Assembly (NCBI GenBank): GCA_918272565.1
Contig: CAKJYW010000021.1
Location: forward strand, 1,294-65,293
Direction of reading: 5' to 3'
From: Bacilli bacterium
GTDB taxonomy: Bacteria > Bacillota_I > Bacilli_A > ML615J-28 > CAG-698
Length of the DNA: 64,000 nt
The notes under the pieces are model-generated. The model ran no database searches. It was not told the DNA's origin and worked only from the letters and a program-made list of their open reading frames with translations. The position numbers were made by a program, and so were the translations under genes. This document shows, in pieces, positions 1-9,746 of this stretch (position 1 is its first letter; each line of letters begins with the position of its first letter).

Positions 1-1
1 T

Positions 2-802
2 TATATTAGTGAAGATACAATGGATGCTTTATTTACTAAGAGCTTAGATGTTGGTTGGGGAATAAGTAACAATGTTGCTTTAATGTTACTACTTACAATG
101 CCTTTTACAATGTATTTAGCAATAACAAATAAACACATCAAGCAATTTGCTTTCTATTTCATCTTTACTTTAGAGTTTTTAGCGATACTCTTCTCATATT
201 CTAGAGGCGCAATAGCTTCAATTGCTTTAGGGTTACTAGCCATGGTACCTGCTTGCTTCTTTATAACTAAGCATAAGATTTCATACGCTGTATCTGCTGT
301 TGTTTTAGTTGCCCTAATGCTACTAGCATTTAGAGTATTATATGTTAGATATCATGAATATTATGAAAGATTCTTAGATTATGTTTCTAGAATCAATATG
401 GGTAGTTACAATGGTAGAAGACCAATATATGATGAGATTTTAGTAGCCTTTAAAGAGCACCCTATCTTTGGTAGCGGAATGTTTTCTCCTTTCTATAATA
501 TATTAGAAGAAGGAGTAGGAGAATATCAATGGGGTCACTCAACTTTGCTTCATACAGTATTAACAATGGGAGTTTCAGGAGTTCTTGCCTTACTTTACCA
601 TTTCTATGAAAAATATTTCTATTTAGTTAAGAAGATTAACAAAGAGAAATTCTTAGTGTTAGTAGCATTCATTACATCAGGGTTATATGGAATGATCGAT
701 GTTAGTTATTATTTCATTAATTACATGATTGTTTTAATTGTAATCTTAGCTACAATTGAAAACTTAATTAATCCAAAGGAGGTTCCAAGTGAAGTTCTTT
801 AA
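2..802 (+). CDS. O-antigen ligase (Wzy_C/RfaL-like) family membrane protein, 5' end cut by window edge
   Basis: The frame is open from nt 2, upstream of the first ATG at 20. Polytopic membrane protein with an 'FSYSRGA' motif typical of the O-antigen-ligase domain, then a soluble loop and further TM helices. Confidence 0.5.
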   Translation, partial: YISEDTMDALFTKSLDVGWGISNNVALMLLLTMPFTMYLAITNKHIKQFAFYFIFTLEFLAILFSYSRGAIASIALGLLAMVPACFFITKHKISYAVSAVVLVALMLLAFRVLYVRYHEYYERFLDYVSRINMGSYNGRRPIYDEILVAFKEHPIFGSGMFSPFYNILEEGVGEYQWGHSTLLHTVLTMGVSGVLALLYHFYEKYFYLVKKINKEKFLVLVAFITSGLYGMIDVSYYFINYMIVLIVILATIENLINPKEVPSEVL

Positions 803-1562
803 AGAAGGAATTGGGGAAATCCCTGGATTATTTGGTTTAGAGCATCTTATATTTGTTGTTATAGCAGCTATTTTATTATTTTTGTTATTATTCTTTTCAT
901 TAAAAAAGAAAGATTTAAACATCGATAAAATAATAAAGATATGTTTCTTTGTGACTTTTATTTTAGAAATCTTAAAGATAATTTGGAATTTAACATTAAG
1001 GGAAGACGTAACATTTAGTGATTGGATTCCTTTGTATTTTTGCTCTATCTTTATTTATGCTTCATTCCTTGCAACATTCTTTAAAGGTAGAATTAAAGAT
1101 ACAGGGCTAGCATTTATATATCATGGTGGAATAATAGGGGGAATAATCTACTTTATCTGTCCTAATACTTGTCTTTTGGTTCATCCATTTTTGCATGTTT
1201 TAACAGTTCATGCTCTAATCTATCATGTTATTTTGATTTATTTAGGAGTGTTAATTGTTTTAAAGAAGGTGTATCAGCCTAAAGTGAGTTACCTTCCACA
1301 TTACCTAATAATTACATTTAGTGTATGTATCTTAGCTTATATCACTAATTTAATATTAGATAGTAATCTAATGCTAATATCGAAAGATTTTGGAACATGG
1401 CCACTAACAGTAGTATATAAGACATTTAAAGGTTTCTATCCCCTTGTAGTAAGTCTATTACAAAATTTTGGAACTTTCTTTGTTAGTTTAGGTATTTATG
1501 TTTTAGTTATTAAAATAATAGAGAATAAAAGAAATAAAGCTGAAGTGAATAAATCACTATGA
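789..1562 (+). CDS. polytopic integral membrane protein (YwaF/TIGR02206-like)
   Basis: GTG start 6 nt after AAGGAGG (776-782). It overlaps the upstream gene by 14 nt. About 7 hydrophobic helices; the family call is from overall resemblance only. Confidence 0.4.
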   Translation: MKFFKEGIGEIPGLFGLEHLIFVVIAAILLFLLLFFSLKKKDLNIDKIIKICFFVTFILEILKIIWNLTLREDVTFSDWIPLYFCSIFIYASFLATFFKGRIKDTGLAFIYHGGIIGGIIYFICPNTCLLVHPFLHVLTVHALIYHVILIYLGVLIVLKKVYQPKVSYLPHYLIITFSVCILAYITNLILDSNLMLISKDFGTWPLTVVYKTFKGFYPLVVSLLQNFGTFFVSLGIYVLVIKIIENKRNKAEVNKSL

Positions 1563-1605
1563 TTTAAAAACACTTCAGTTTTTGTTTATATTTTTAAAAA
1601 ATATC

Positions 1606-1634
1606 TTGCAAAAAAGAAGGGTTTATAGTATAAT
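1606..1634 (+). promoter_or_regulatory. sigma-A type promoter of tRNA-Lys
   Basis: TTGCAA (1606-1611), 17-nt spacer, TATAAT (1629-1634), about 17 nt upstream of the tRNA 5' end. Confidence 0.6.
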
Positions 1635-1650
1635 ATCATAGTAGTTTTGT

Positions 1651-1726
1651 GCACCCTTAGCTCAGCTGGCAGAGCAACTGACTCTTAATCAGTGGGTCCG
1701 GGGTTCGAACCCCCGAGGGTGTACCA
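1651..1726 (+). tRNA. tRNA-Lys (anticodon CUU) with encoded CCA
   Basis: Hand-folded cloverleaf. Acceptor GCACCCT/AGGGTGT, D arm GCTC-AGCTGGCA-GAGC, anticodon arm ACTGA-CTCTTAA-TCAGT (anticodon CTT), T arm CGGGG-TTCGAAC-CCCCG, then A-CCA. Confidence 0.9.
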
Positions 1727-1789
1727 TTTATTATGGATGTAATCGAATGTTGATTATGTCTTTTTTTTTGCCTTCTTTAAGCATGTCAT

Positions 1790-1818
1790 TTGACAACATT
1801 ATGGTGTTTCTTTATAAT
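1790..1818 (+). promoter_or_regulatory. sigma-A type promoter of the HAD hydrolase gene
   Basis: TTGACA (1790-1795), 17-nt spacer, TATAAT (1813-1818). It lies inside the long ORF-track reading frame 1747.., which argues for the downstream start at 1837. Confidence 0.6.
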
Positions 1819-1836
1819 ATAAATATGGTGAAAATT

Positions 1837-2655
1837 ATGAGTACAAAATATGTAATTAGTTTAGATTTAGATAGTACATTACTTGATGATAAAAAAGAAA
1901 TAAGCGATGAAACTGTCGAATATTTTAAGAAATTAACTAATGATGGTCACACGATTATCTTAAATAGTGGTAGACCTTACCAAGGAACAATTAGGTTTTT
2001 AAAGAGGCTAGGATTAAAAAGCCCAGTTATTTTTAGTGATGGAGCAGGAATTGCTTGGTTTGATAAAAACTATCAAGTAAATAAAAAGATATTGTTTTCT
2101 ATTTCTAGGGATGCGGTACTAGATATTTATAAAGAAAATGAAGAGAAGATTGTTGGAATAAATATTGTTGAATTCAACAATCAATATTTCAATGATAAAA
2201 GAGTCATTCCTAGTTGGATGTTCCATGAAGGAGAACACATCGTTTTACACGAAGGGGCAATCGATAAAATCCTTAATACTGACCCTATCACAATCACTTG
2301 TGTGATTTTAAAAGAAGGATTAGAAAAATTCTTAAAATCAATGGATAAGTGGAAAGACGAAGTTGAATACTTTAGTTGGGGAGAATTTGATAACGCTGTA
2401 GCTTTTGAGATCTTTAAAAAGGGTGTTAATAAGGGTTCAACTTTACTATATTTATGTGATTTATTAGGACTTGATAAGAATAATGTTATTGCTATGGGCG
2501 ATAACATGAATGATTTATCAATGATAAAAGTAGCTGGTATTGGTTGCGCTATGATTAATGGTAGTGAATCTTTAAAGAAACAAGCAAAATATATTACAGA
2601 ATACGATTGTAATAATGATGGAGTAAGACGTTTTTTAGAGAAAATAATAAAATAA
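1837..2655 (+). CDS. Cof-type HAD-IIB family hydrolase (sugar-phosphatase-like)
   Basis: Motif I 'ISLDLDSTLL', 'NSGRP', motif IV 'GDNMNDLSM'. The start is moved to ATG 1837 (MSTKYVISLD) because the promoter lies at 1790-1818. Confidence 0.8.
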   Translation: MSTKYVISLDLDSTLLDDKKEISDETVEYFKKLTNDGHTIILNSGRPYQGTIRFLKRLGLKSPVIFSDGAGIAWFDKNYQVNKKILFSISRDAVLDIYKENEEKIVGINIVEFNNQYFNDKRVIPSWMFHEGEHIVLHEGAIDKILNTDPITITCVILKEGLEKFLKSMDKWKDEVEYFSWGEFDNAVAFEIFKKGVNKGSTLLYLCDLLGLDKNNVIAMGDNMNDLSMIKVAGIGCAMINGSESLKKQAKYITEYDCNNDGVRRFLEKIIK

Positions 2656-2668
2656 GAAGTAGGTCATT

Positions 2669-4840
2669 ATGAAAAAAGTAATATTAAAAATAGGGGGTAT
2701 GAGTTGTAGCGCTTGCTCAAATGGGTTAGAGAAATACCTAAATAAGCAAGATGGTATAATTGGTGCAACCGTCAACCTCATTATGAATAATGCCACAATC
2801 GAATATGATGAGGCTAAAGTAACACTAGATGATTTAGATAAATTTGTTGCTAAAGCAGGATTTACGTCTTTAGGTATTGATGATTTTAAAAGAGACGATA
2901 AGATAAATAAAAGAAGGAAAATAGAATTAATCATCTTATGTGTTTTGTTTACTATCGCTTTAGTTTTTCACATTTTAGAAATCTTTGATATTATGGTTGG
3001 TGGCATGATAATCCATGCATCTATCATGTTTATCTTTAGTGTAGTTAGCATCATTTTAGGTTTTGATATTTTGGCAAGTGGCGTAAAAAGCGTCTTAATC
3101 GGTAATCCATCGATGGATACTTTGGTTTTATTAAGCGTTGTTAGTAGTTTTCTATATAGTATATATGGCTTTATTAAAAACCTAAATGGAGGAGCTTATA
3201 CCTTATATTTTGCTTCATCTATTATGGTAATATTCTTTATTAAAATAGGTCGTTTTATTGAAGAAAAAGCTAAAGCTCAAACTACATCTGCTATCTCTGA
3301 TTTGATGCTTTTAACTCCGTCATATGCTAACCTAATAGTTGATGGTAAGATAAAAAAAGTTACAATTGATGAAGTAGAAAAAGGAGCATTACTTATAGCT
3401 CGTGGTGGCGAAAGTATTGCGGTGGATGGAGAAGTTGTAAGTGGATTTGCTCTAATTAATGAATCACTAATAACTGGAGAAAGCCTTCCTAAAGAGAAAA
3501 AAGAAGGAGATAAAGTTATTGCTGGTGCTGTAGTTTTAAGTGGCGATATAACATATAAGGCAGAGCGAATTGGTAAAGATTCTACTGTCAGTGAAATCGT
3601 TAGAACAGTCGTAGCTGCTACCGCTTCAAAGACTAAAATAGCTAGAGTTGCTGATACATTTAGTAAATATTTTGTTTATTTTGTTTTGGGTGTTGCCCTC
3701 GTTGGCTTTGCACTTTGGTTAATATTTACAAAAGATTTTAATAAATCAATCAACATTTTTGTTACTGTTTTAGTAATAGCTTGTCCTTGTGCTCTAGGCC
3801 TTGCTACTCCAATTGGGTTAGTTGTAGCTAGTGGAACATGTGCTAAAAGAGGAATATTAGTAAAAGATAATTCGATCTTTGAAGTCCTACCAAGCACTAA
3901 AACAGTTGTCTTTGATAAGACAGGAACTATCACAACTGGAGCACTAGAAATATCAAATATCTCTTATTTTGATTTGAATGAAAAAGAAGCATTTACCTAC
4001 CTTGCATCCCTCGAGGCTAAATCAATTCATCCTATTGCTAAAGCTATTTTAAAAGATGCAAAGAATAAAAATTTAGCATTGCTTGATATGGATGACTACG
4101 AAGAAATAAGCGGAAAAGGACTAAAAGGAATAGTAGATAGTAGGAAAATATTGGCTGGTAACATCTCATTATTAGAGGAAAATAATGTTGAAATTGAAGA
4201 CAAAAAGGATGAAATTGATGAAATTTTATCAAGTGGAAAAGCTTCTATTTTTGTTTGTATCGATAATTTATTAGTCCTTGCTATCACTTTTAGCGATGAA
4301 GTAAGAAGTGGTGCATCACTACTAATCAATAATTTAAAAGAACAAAACATCAATTCTATTATGTTATCTGGTGATAATGAGTCAAGTTGTTTAGATGTAG
4401 CTAAAGATATAAGTTTTTATGAAATTGTTAGTGGCGCTACCCCTACTAAAAAAGCTGAGTTTATTGAAAATAGTAAAAATGACGGAACCCTAGTTATGGT
4501 AGGCGATGGAATAAATGATGCAATAAGCCTTGCTAAAAGCGATGTTGGATTAAGTATTAGTGGAGCTAGTGATATTGCTATCAATAGCAGTAGTGTCATT
4601 ATCATGAATGATAATATTGGTCTAATTGGCACTTTACTTTCTATTAGTAAAAAAACTATTAAGATTATTAAACAAAACATCATTTGGGCATTTTTATATA
4701 ATACAATTATGATTGCTATTGCTTTAGGTGCCTTGTCATTTGTTGGAATATTCTTTAATCCAATGATTGCATCTTTAGCTATGATGCTAAGTAGCTTAAC
4801 AGTTATATTAAATGCTTTAAGGATAAAGAGAGTTAAATAA
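2669..4840 (+). CDS. copA: heavy-metal (copper) translocating P1B-type ATPase
   Basis: N-terminal HMA domain 'GMSCSACS', transmembrane 'CPC', phosphorylation site 'DKTGTIT', hinge 'GDGINDA'. Confidence 0.9.
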   Translation: MKKVILKIGGMSCSACSNGLEKYLNKQDGIIGATVNLIMNNATIEYDEAKVTLDDLDKFVAKAGFTSLGIDDFKRDDKINKRRKIELIILCVLFTIALVFHILEIFDIMVGGMIIHASIMFIFSVVSIILGFDILASGVKSVLIGNPSMDTLVLLSVVSSFLYSIYGFIKNLNGGAYTLYFASSIMVIFFIKIGRFIEEKAKAQTTSAISDLMLLTPSYANLIVDGKIKKVTIDEVEKGALLIARGGESIAVDGEVVSGFALINESLITGESLPKEKKEGDKVIAGAVVLSGDITYKAERIGKDSTVSEIVRTVVAATASKTKIARVADTFSKYFVYFVLGVALVGFALWLIFTKDFNKSINIFVTVLVIACPCALGLATPIGLVVASGTCAKRGILVKDNSIFEVLPSTKTVVFDKTGTITTGALEISNISYFDLNEKEAFTYLASLEAKSIHPIAKAILKDAKNKNLALLDMDDYEEISGKGLKGIVDSRKILAGNISLLEENNVEIEDKKDEIDEILSSGKASIFVCIDNLLVLAITFSDEVRSGASLLINNLKEQNINSIMLSGDNESSCLDVAKDISFYEIVSGATPTKKAEFIENSKNDGTLVMVGDGINDAISLAKSDVGLSISGASDIAINSSSVIIMNDNIGLIGTLLSISKKTIKIIKQNIIWAFLYNTIMIAIALGALSFVGIFFNPMIASLAMMLSSLTVILNALRIKRVK

Positions 4841-4841
4841 T

Positions 4842-5414
4842 ATGGATAATTATTTAGATGAATTGTTAAATTATATTCCTAAGTGTGATCAAGAAGAAAA
4901 AGATAAAGAGATGATTTTAGATTTATGCAAAGTCTATGGTGATAAATTGTTAGATAGAAACACTTTATTTGCCCACTTAAGCGCTAGTGGCTTTGTCTTA
5001 AACAAAGACTTTACAAAAGTCTTAATGGTTTTTCATAACATCTTTAAGTCTTGGAGCTGGACTGGTGGTCACGCTGATAATGAAAGAAATTTGTTTTGTG
5101 TTGCCAAAAGGGAAGTAGAAGAAGAAACAGGTGTTAAAAACCTAATTCCTGTTAGCGAAAATATCATTTCCCTTGAGGTATTACCAGTTTATAGCCACTA
5201 TAAAAATGGTAAATATGTTTCTAACCATTTGCACCTTAATTTAACTTATGTCTTTATTGCTAGTGAAGATGAAGAATTACAAATAAAAGAAGATGAAAAC
5301 AGTGGCGTTAAGTGGATAAATGTAGGTGAACTAAAAGATAACGTAAAAGAGAAATTAATGTTACCAGTTTATGAAAAGATAATAAGACAAGCAAAGGAAT
5401 GTATTAATAAATAG
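4842..5414 (+). CDS. NUDIX family hydrolase
   Basis: Nudix-box-like 'GGHADNERNLFCVAKREVEEETGV'. The start is 1 nt after the copA stop. Confidence 0.7.
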   Translation: MDNYLDELLNYIPKCDQEEKDKEMILDLCKVYGDKLLDRNTLFAHLSASGFVLNKDFTKVLMVFHNIFKSWSWTGGHADNERNLFCVAKREVEEETGVKNLIPVSENIISLEVLPVYSHYKNGKYVSNHLHLNLTYVFIASEDEELQIKEDENSGVKWINVGELKDNVKEKLMLPVYEKIIRQAKECINK

Positions 5415-5444
5415 ATGTCTTATAGATGAGAAAGAGAGGTAATT

Positions 5445-6239
5445 ATGGAAGAATATTTATATTCGATAATTGGCATATCTTTAATATTTGTATGTACTAC
5501 TATTGGAGCACTCTTTGTTTTCTTTATAAGAAAAAAAGAAATATCTCCAAAATTAACTAAGATTTTTACGGGATTTGCTTCAGGCGTCATGCTATCTGCT
5601 TCGTTCTTTTCTCTAATAAAGCCAGCACTTGAATCAGAAATAACTTACATGCCTAATTGGGCGGTTGTGGGGATTGCGGTAGTGCTCGGTGCTTTGTTTT
5701 TGTGGGGGATTGATAAGATTGTTCCTCATCTTCATGTTAGCGAAAGTAAAGAAGAAGGAGTATAATCTAAAAAACTTAGTAAAACAAGTAAAATGTTTCT
5801 TGCAGTAACAATTCACAATGTTCCTGAAGGTTTATCCGTTGGTATTGCGTTTGGTGTAGCACTCTCTCAAGCAAATAACCATACCCTTCTAATTGGAGCA
5901 TTGCTCCTTGCAATTGGAATTGGTATACAAAATATACCTGAAGGCGCAGTTGTATCACTTCCTGTTAGAGCAGAAAGTGGATCAAATAAAAAAGCCTTCC
6001 TCTTTGGAATGTTATCTGGAATTGTTGAACCAATTGCGGGAGTAGCAGGTTTGTTTCTCGCTATGCAGATCCAAGGGATTATGCCTTGGGCATTAGCATT
6101 TGCAGCTGGATGTATGATCTATGTTGTTGTTGAAGAGATGATTCCTGAAATGACAAGTGAAGGCCATGACCACTATGGCGTTTGGGCTTTCATCATCGGT
6201 TTTGTAATAATGATGGTACTTGATTGTATCGAATTTTGA
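5445..6239 (+). pseudogene. ZIP (ZupT/GufA-like) metal transporter interrupted by an in-frame TAA at 5763-5765
   Basis: ORFs 5445..5765 and 5793..6239 share one frame (both start positions are divisible by 3). Read-through gives '...HLHVSESKEEGV*SKKLSKTSKMFLAVTIHNVPEGLSVG', the His-rich loop followed by the conserved 'HNxPEG' helix of one ZIP protein. Confidence 0.75.
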
Positions 6240-6241
6240 TA

Positions 6242-6275
6242 AAAAGCATCGAATTTCGATGCTTTTCTTTTACCT
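6242..6275 (+). terminator. rho-independent terminator
   Basis: Stem AAAGCATCG / CGATGCTTT with a 5-nt loop, followed by a T-rich tract. Confidence 0.7.
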
Positions 6276-6384
6276 TTTTATTTCTTTTGAAAAAAATATT
6301 TTATTCTATCTTATTACCTTTTGTCATGCTAGAATGGTGGTGTGTGAATCTAATTAAGGAATTTTTAAAAGAAAGGACTTAATT

Positions 6385-8007
6385 ATGAAAAAAAGGTTAT
6401 TATTAATTATTTGTTTAGTTGCTAGTGCCTTTATAGTTGGTACTAGTTTTAAAGCAGGTGAAACTGCTAATTGGGAGTTTTTACCTTTGGGTTTAAACTA
6501 TTTGCAAAATGAGAATTTCTTCTATACTGAAGGAGAAGAGATTAATCAAGGAACTATTGAAACAATCAATTACATAAGAATTAAACCAGAAGTTCATTAT
6601 CATTTGTATTTTTATTCTTATCAAGATGGTCAATTTAATGGGGGAACATTTGAAGCGTTTGATAGTAACAAAGTATCTTTAGGTAATATCGAATATGGGA
6701 TTACTGGAGAATCAAACAATATCGACTTTATCACTCCTGAAAATGCTAAATACATCAAATTCAGTGTTAATGTTGAAGAAGACTGGGGAAATGATTTGAA
6801 TTTATGGAATGTGGAGATAAATTATATCTTAGCTGATCATACTGTTAATATTAGGAATCTAACTCTTGATGATATTAGATACCAAGGACCTAATATCGAT
6901 TATAGTCCCGTCTTAAGTGGATATAATGGATATTATGTTACTAACGTCAATACTCCAGTTGATAAAAGTGCAATTATTGCTGGAGTTAAGGCAATCGATG
7001 ATGTTGATGGTGATATTAGTAGTTCTATTACAGTAATTGAAGATACCTATACTAGTAATAAAACGAAAGTAGGTACTTGGAGTATCTTGCTTAGAGCAAC
7101 GGACTCAAGTAGTAACTCAACTGATTTTAGATTATATATTGAAGTAAAAGACTACGATAAACCTTATGCTAATGGACCATTAACTTATGATGTTGATTCA
7201 ACTGACCAATATGATTTGGCTCATTTTTTAGTTTTAGCGGATATTAGGGATAATTACGATGGTAATATGACTAATAAAATAGTCGTATCTAGCGACCAGT
7301 ATACAGGGAATGAAGGGGTAAGAGGAACTCACAAAGTTGTATGTAGTGCCACCGACTCTTCAAACAATCGTTTTGATTTTACGATTACGATTAATGTAAC
7401 ATATATCGATGATGCTTCACCAGTATTTACCGGAACATTTAGTTATAATACCGATAAAAACCACCCTATCACTATTGCCACAATCCTTTCAAACATCAAC
7501 GTAAACGATAATGTTGATGGGGATATCACTAATAAAGTGCAAGTTATAGAAGACTATTACTCTTTTGCACCGGCACGAATTGGTAGTTGGAGGGTTTTAT
7601 TAAAAGTAACTGATACAAGCTCTAATTCCACAACCCAAGCGATCATCATTACTGTAAGTGACACGATAGCTCCATCTTTTTATCTTAATACTCAAGTTAT
7701 TAATATCGATTTAACTAATAATGTATTAAATGTTGGGGATTTTGTTGAAATATTAGAGCGAAGTAGAACAGTTAAAACTAATTGTAGTTACAAAGTAACA
7801 TACGACGAATACACGCTTAATAAAGATAAACCAGGTGAATACCAAGTAGTACTTGATATTGATGGAGAAGCAGTTTCTCTAACAATCAATGTTATTGAAG
7901 GTTTAGAAAAAAAAGAAGCTACTTTTAAAACAAAAGTAACTTCATTCTTTACTGAAATCTTTGCTAGTATCAAGAGCTTCTTTAGAAAGCTTTTCCGCTT
8001 TAGATAA
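6385..8007 (+). CDS. secreted protein with three DUF5011/HYR-like Ig-fold repeats
   Basis: N-terminal signal peptide [19 protein letters not shown]. Three repeats of the pattern 'DxVDGDI(S/T)xx(I/V)xVIEDxY....GxWxxLLxxTDxSSNST'. The N-terminal ~150 aa are unassigned. Confidence 0.6.
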   Translation: MKKRLLLIICLVASAFIVGTSFKAGETANWEFLPLGLNYLQNENFFYTEGEEINQGTIETINYIRIKPEVHYHLYFYSYQDGQFNGGTFEAFDSNKVSLGNIEYGITGESNNIDFITPENAKYIKFSVNVEEDWGNDLNLWNVEINYILADHTVNIRNLTLDDIRYQGPNIDYSPVLSGYNGYYVTNVNTPVDKSAIIAGVKAIDDVDGDISSSITVIEDTYTSNKTKVGTWSILLRATDSSSNSTDFRLYIEVKDYDKPYANGPLTYDVDSTDQYDLAHFLVLADIRDNYDGNMTNKIVVSSDQYTGNEGVRGTHKVVCSATDSSNNRFDFTITINVTYIDDASPVFTGTFSYNTDKNHPITIATILSNINVNDNVDGDITNKVQVIEDYYSFAPARIGSWRVLLKVTDTSSNSTTQAIIITVSDTIAPSFYLNTQVINIDLTNNVLNVGDFVEILERSRTVKTNCSYKVTYDEYTLNKDKPGEYQVVLDIDGEAVSLTINVIEGLEKKEATFKTKVTSFFTEIFASIKSFFRKLFRFR

Positions 8008-8226
8008 AGGAACGGGGTCGTAACCTCCTTTAGAAAAAGGGTTACACCTTAGGATTCGCCAAAAAGTTAATATTGAAGCTTTTAGGAAGTTGAATTTCTT
8101 GTAACATCCCAAAGCATAATTTGAACAAGTGGGGCTATATTTGCACCACTTTCTTTTATCTTTGGTTGCCTCTTGGTAAATTCCTATTAATTTTAATACC
8201 CATTTATTTCTTGTTTTTTCTTCCAT
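7942..8226 (-). CDS. yidD: membrane protein insertion efficiency factor YidD
   Basis: 'IGIYQ....[11 protein letters not shown].......[16 protein letters not shown]' is the YidD signature. A 21-aa C-terminal tail follows DPVP. Confidence 0.85.
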   Translation of the reverse strand: MEEKTRNKWVLKLIGIYQEATKDKRKWCKYSPTCSNYALGCYKKFNFLKASILTFWRILRCNPFSKGGYDPVPLSKAEKLSKEALDTSKDFSKE

Positions 8227-8326
8227 ATAAAAATACCTACTAAATTAATTATACATTATTAAAATTAGATTATCAATCTTGAAAAGAATGACTATTTATG
8301 ATAAGATATAAAAAGTGGTGAAATTT

Positions 8327-8782
8327 ATGAAAGTAGTTGTTACATCTGATGCTCATGGTAACGTAAATGTGCTAAAAAAGATTGCTGCACTTAACCCTGA
8401 TGCTGATTTTTATTTAGATGCAGGGGACTCAGAAAGGTGTGAAGCTGACATTTTCCCTTTTAAAACGGTAAGAGGAAATTGGGATTATTTAGTTACTAAT
8501 AGTTTTAGAGTTGATAATGTAGGAGACGTAACAATCTATACAACTCATGGTGGGGGATTTTTGTTTAACCTAACTCACCTTAAGACTTTAGCCAGTAATT
8601 ATAATGCTAATATTGCGGTATTTGGTCATGTTCATCACCCACTAGTAGAAAAGATGGGAGATTTATTAGTCATTAACCCAGGTTCTGTTAGTATTCCAAG
8701 AAAAAGCAAAGCGAGCTATGCTGTTATTACATTTAGTAATCACACAGATATAAAAGCAGAAATTAAGGAGATAGACTTTTAA
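8327..8782 (+). CDS. YfcE/MJ0936-family metallophosphoesterase
   Basis: Motifs 'SDAHGN', 'DAGDSE', 'GNWD', 'THGG', 'GHVHH'. ATG 8327 sits 4 nt after GGTGA, so it is preferred over GTG 8315. Confidence 0.8.
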   Translation: MKVVVTSDAHGNVNVLKKIAALNPDADFYLDAGDSERCEADIFPFKTVRGNWDYLVTNSFRVDNVGDVTIYTTHGGGFLFNLTHLKTLASNYNANIAVFGHVHHPLVEKMGDLLVINPGSVSIPRKSKASYAVITFSNHTDIKAEIKEIDF

Positions 8783-9732
8783 TGGATAAAGTTAATATGG
8801 ATAATGTCAATATGTTCTATGATATCATTGATGATGCTTGCATGCTTTTGTATGATGAGCTAAAAATCAATTATCTAGATGCTCTAATTAGGGTTGGTAA
8901 TGACATTGTATTTAAAATAGATGATAGTAAAATCACCATGGAGTGTTATAAAAAGCTAGTTGATATCTATTATGGTTTAAATAACAAAGAATTTAATTGT
9001 GAAGAGATTAGGCTTGCCTTTGAGCTTTTGATTGTTAAAGCGTTTAAACATGCTAAGATGTCACTAGATATCTTAACACCTGATACCATTTGTTATCTTT
9101 TTTCTTGTATAATTAAAGATAAATTTGATGGGAAAAAGATATCAATATTAGATACTCTTTTAGGTACTAGTAATCTTCTTCAAGCAATCAAGAATAATTT
9201 AAGTGGGGAAGTTGAATTAATTGGAATTGAAAACAATCTCAATTTAGTTAAATTAAGCGAGATTAATTCTAATATGCAAACAAACGAAATAAAGATTTAT
9301 TTCCAAGATGCTCTTAATTCGGTTTTAGATCAAGTAGATATTGTTATTGGGGATTTAGAATCAAAAGAATATGAAACTAAAAATGACTTAAGTGATTTAG
9401 GGATTACTTATTTCCCATATTTAGTTATTTTGAAGAGACTTGAAAACATTAAAGATAAAGGCTATTTTATGTATGTAGTTGATAATGACTTCTTTGAAAA
9501 GCCTAAAGGTGATGTTTTTCACACTGCTTTAACAAAAGAAGCAACTTTGATGGCCCTAATTACTCTACCTCATTCGATTGTTCAAGAAGGTCACCCTGGT
9601 AAGAGCATTATTATTGGTAAAAAAGAGATATTAAGTGATTATAAGATTGCTATCCTTAATATTGATAATTTTGATTCAAATTATTTGAAAGATGTATTTA
9701 TTAGATTAGAAAAGTTAGTTAATGAAATATAA
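8782..9732 (+). CDS. class I SAM-dependent methyltransferase, YtxK-like
   Basis: Motif I-like 'ILDTLLGTSNLL', 'GIE', 'DIVIGDLE'. It sits directly upstream of ackA, as ytxK does in Bacillus. The start among ATG 8782/8797/8812 is uncertain. Confidence 0.55.
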   Translation: MDKVNMDNVNMFYDIIDDACMLLYDELKINYLDALIRVGNDIVFKIDDSKITMECYKKLVDIYYGLNNKEFNCEEIRLAFELLIVKAFKHAKMSLDILTPDTICYLFSCIIKDKFDGKKISILDTLLGTSNLLQAIKNNLSGEVELIGIENNLNLVKLSEINSNMQTNEIKIYFQDALNSVLDQVDIVIGDLESKEYETKNDLSDLGITYFPYLVILKRLENIKDKGYFMYVVDNDFFEKPKGDVFHTALTKEATLMALITLPHSIVQEGHPGKSIIIGKKEILSDYKIAILNIDNFDSNYLKDVFIRLEKLVNEI

Positions 9733-9746
9733 TGGAGGAAATTAAT

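Noticed and set aside
1747-1836. Longer N-terminal extensions given by the ORF track: 1747, 8315, 9732, 25517, 31128, 38743, 53243, 54417, 56696.
   Set aside because: In each case a downstream start has a proper SD and reproduces the canonical family N-terminus or signal peptide. For 1747 and 25517 promoter elements lie inside the extension.
5793-6239. Treating the C-terminal ZIP fragment as an independent small transporter gene.
   Set aside because: It is in frame with 5445..5765 across a single TAA. It lacks an SD and contains only the second half of the ZIP fold. It is better described as one interrupted gene.
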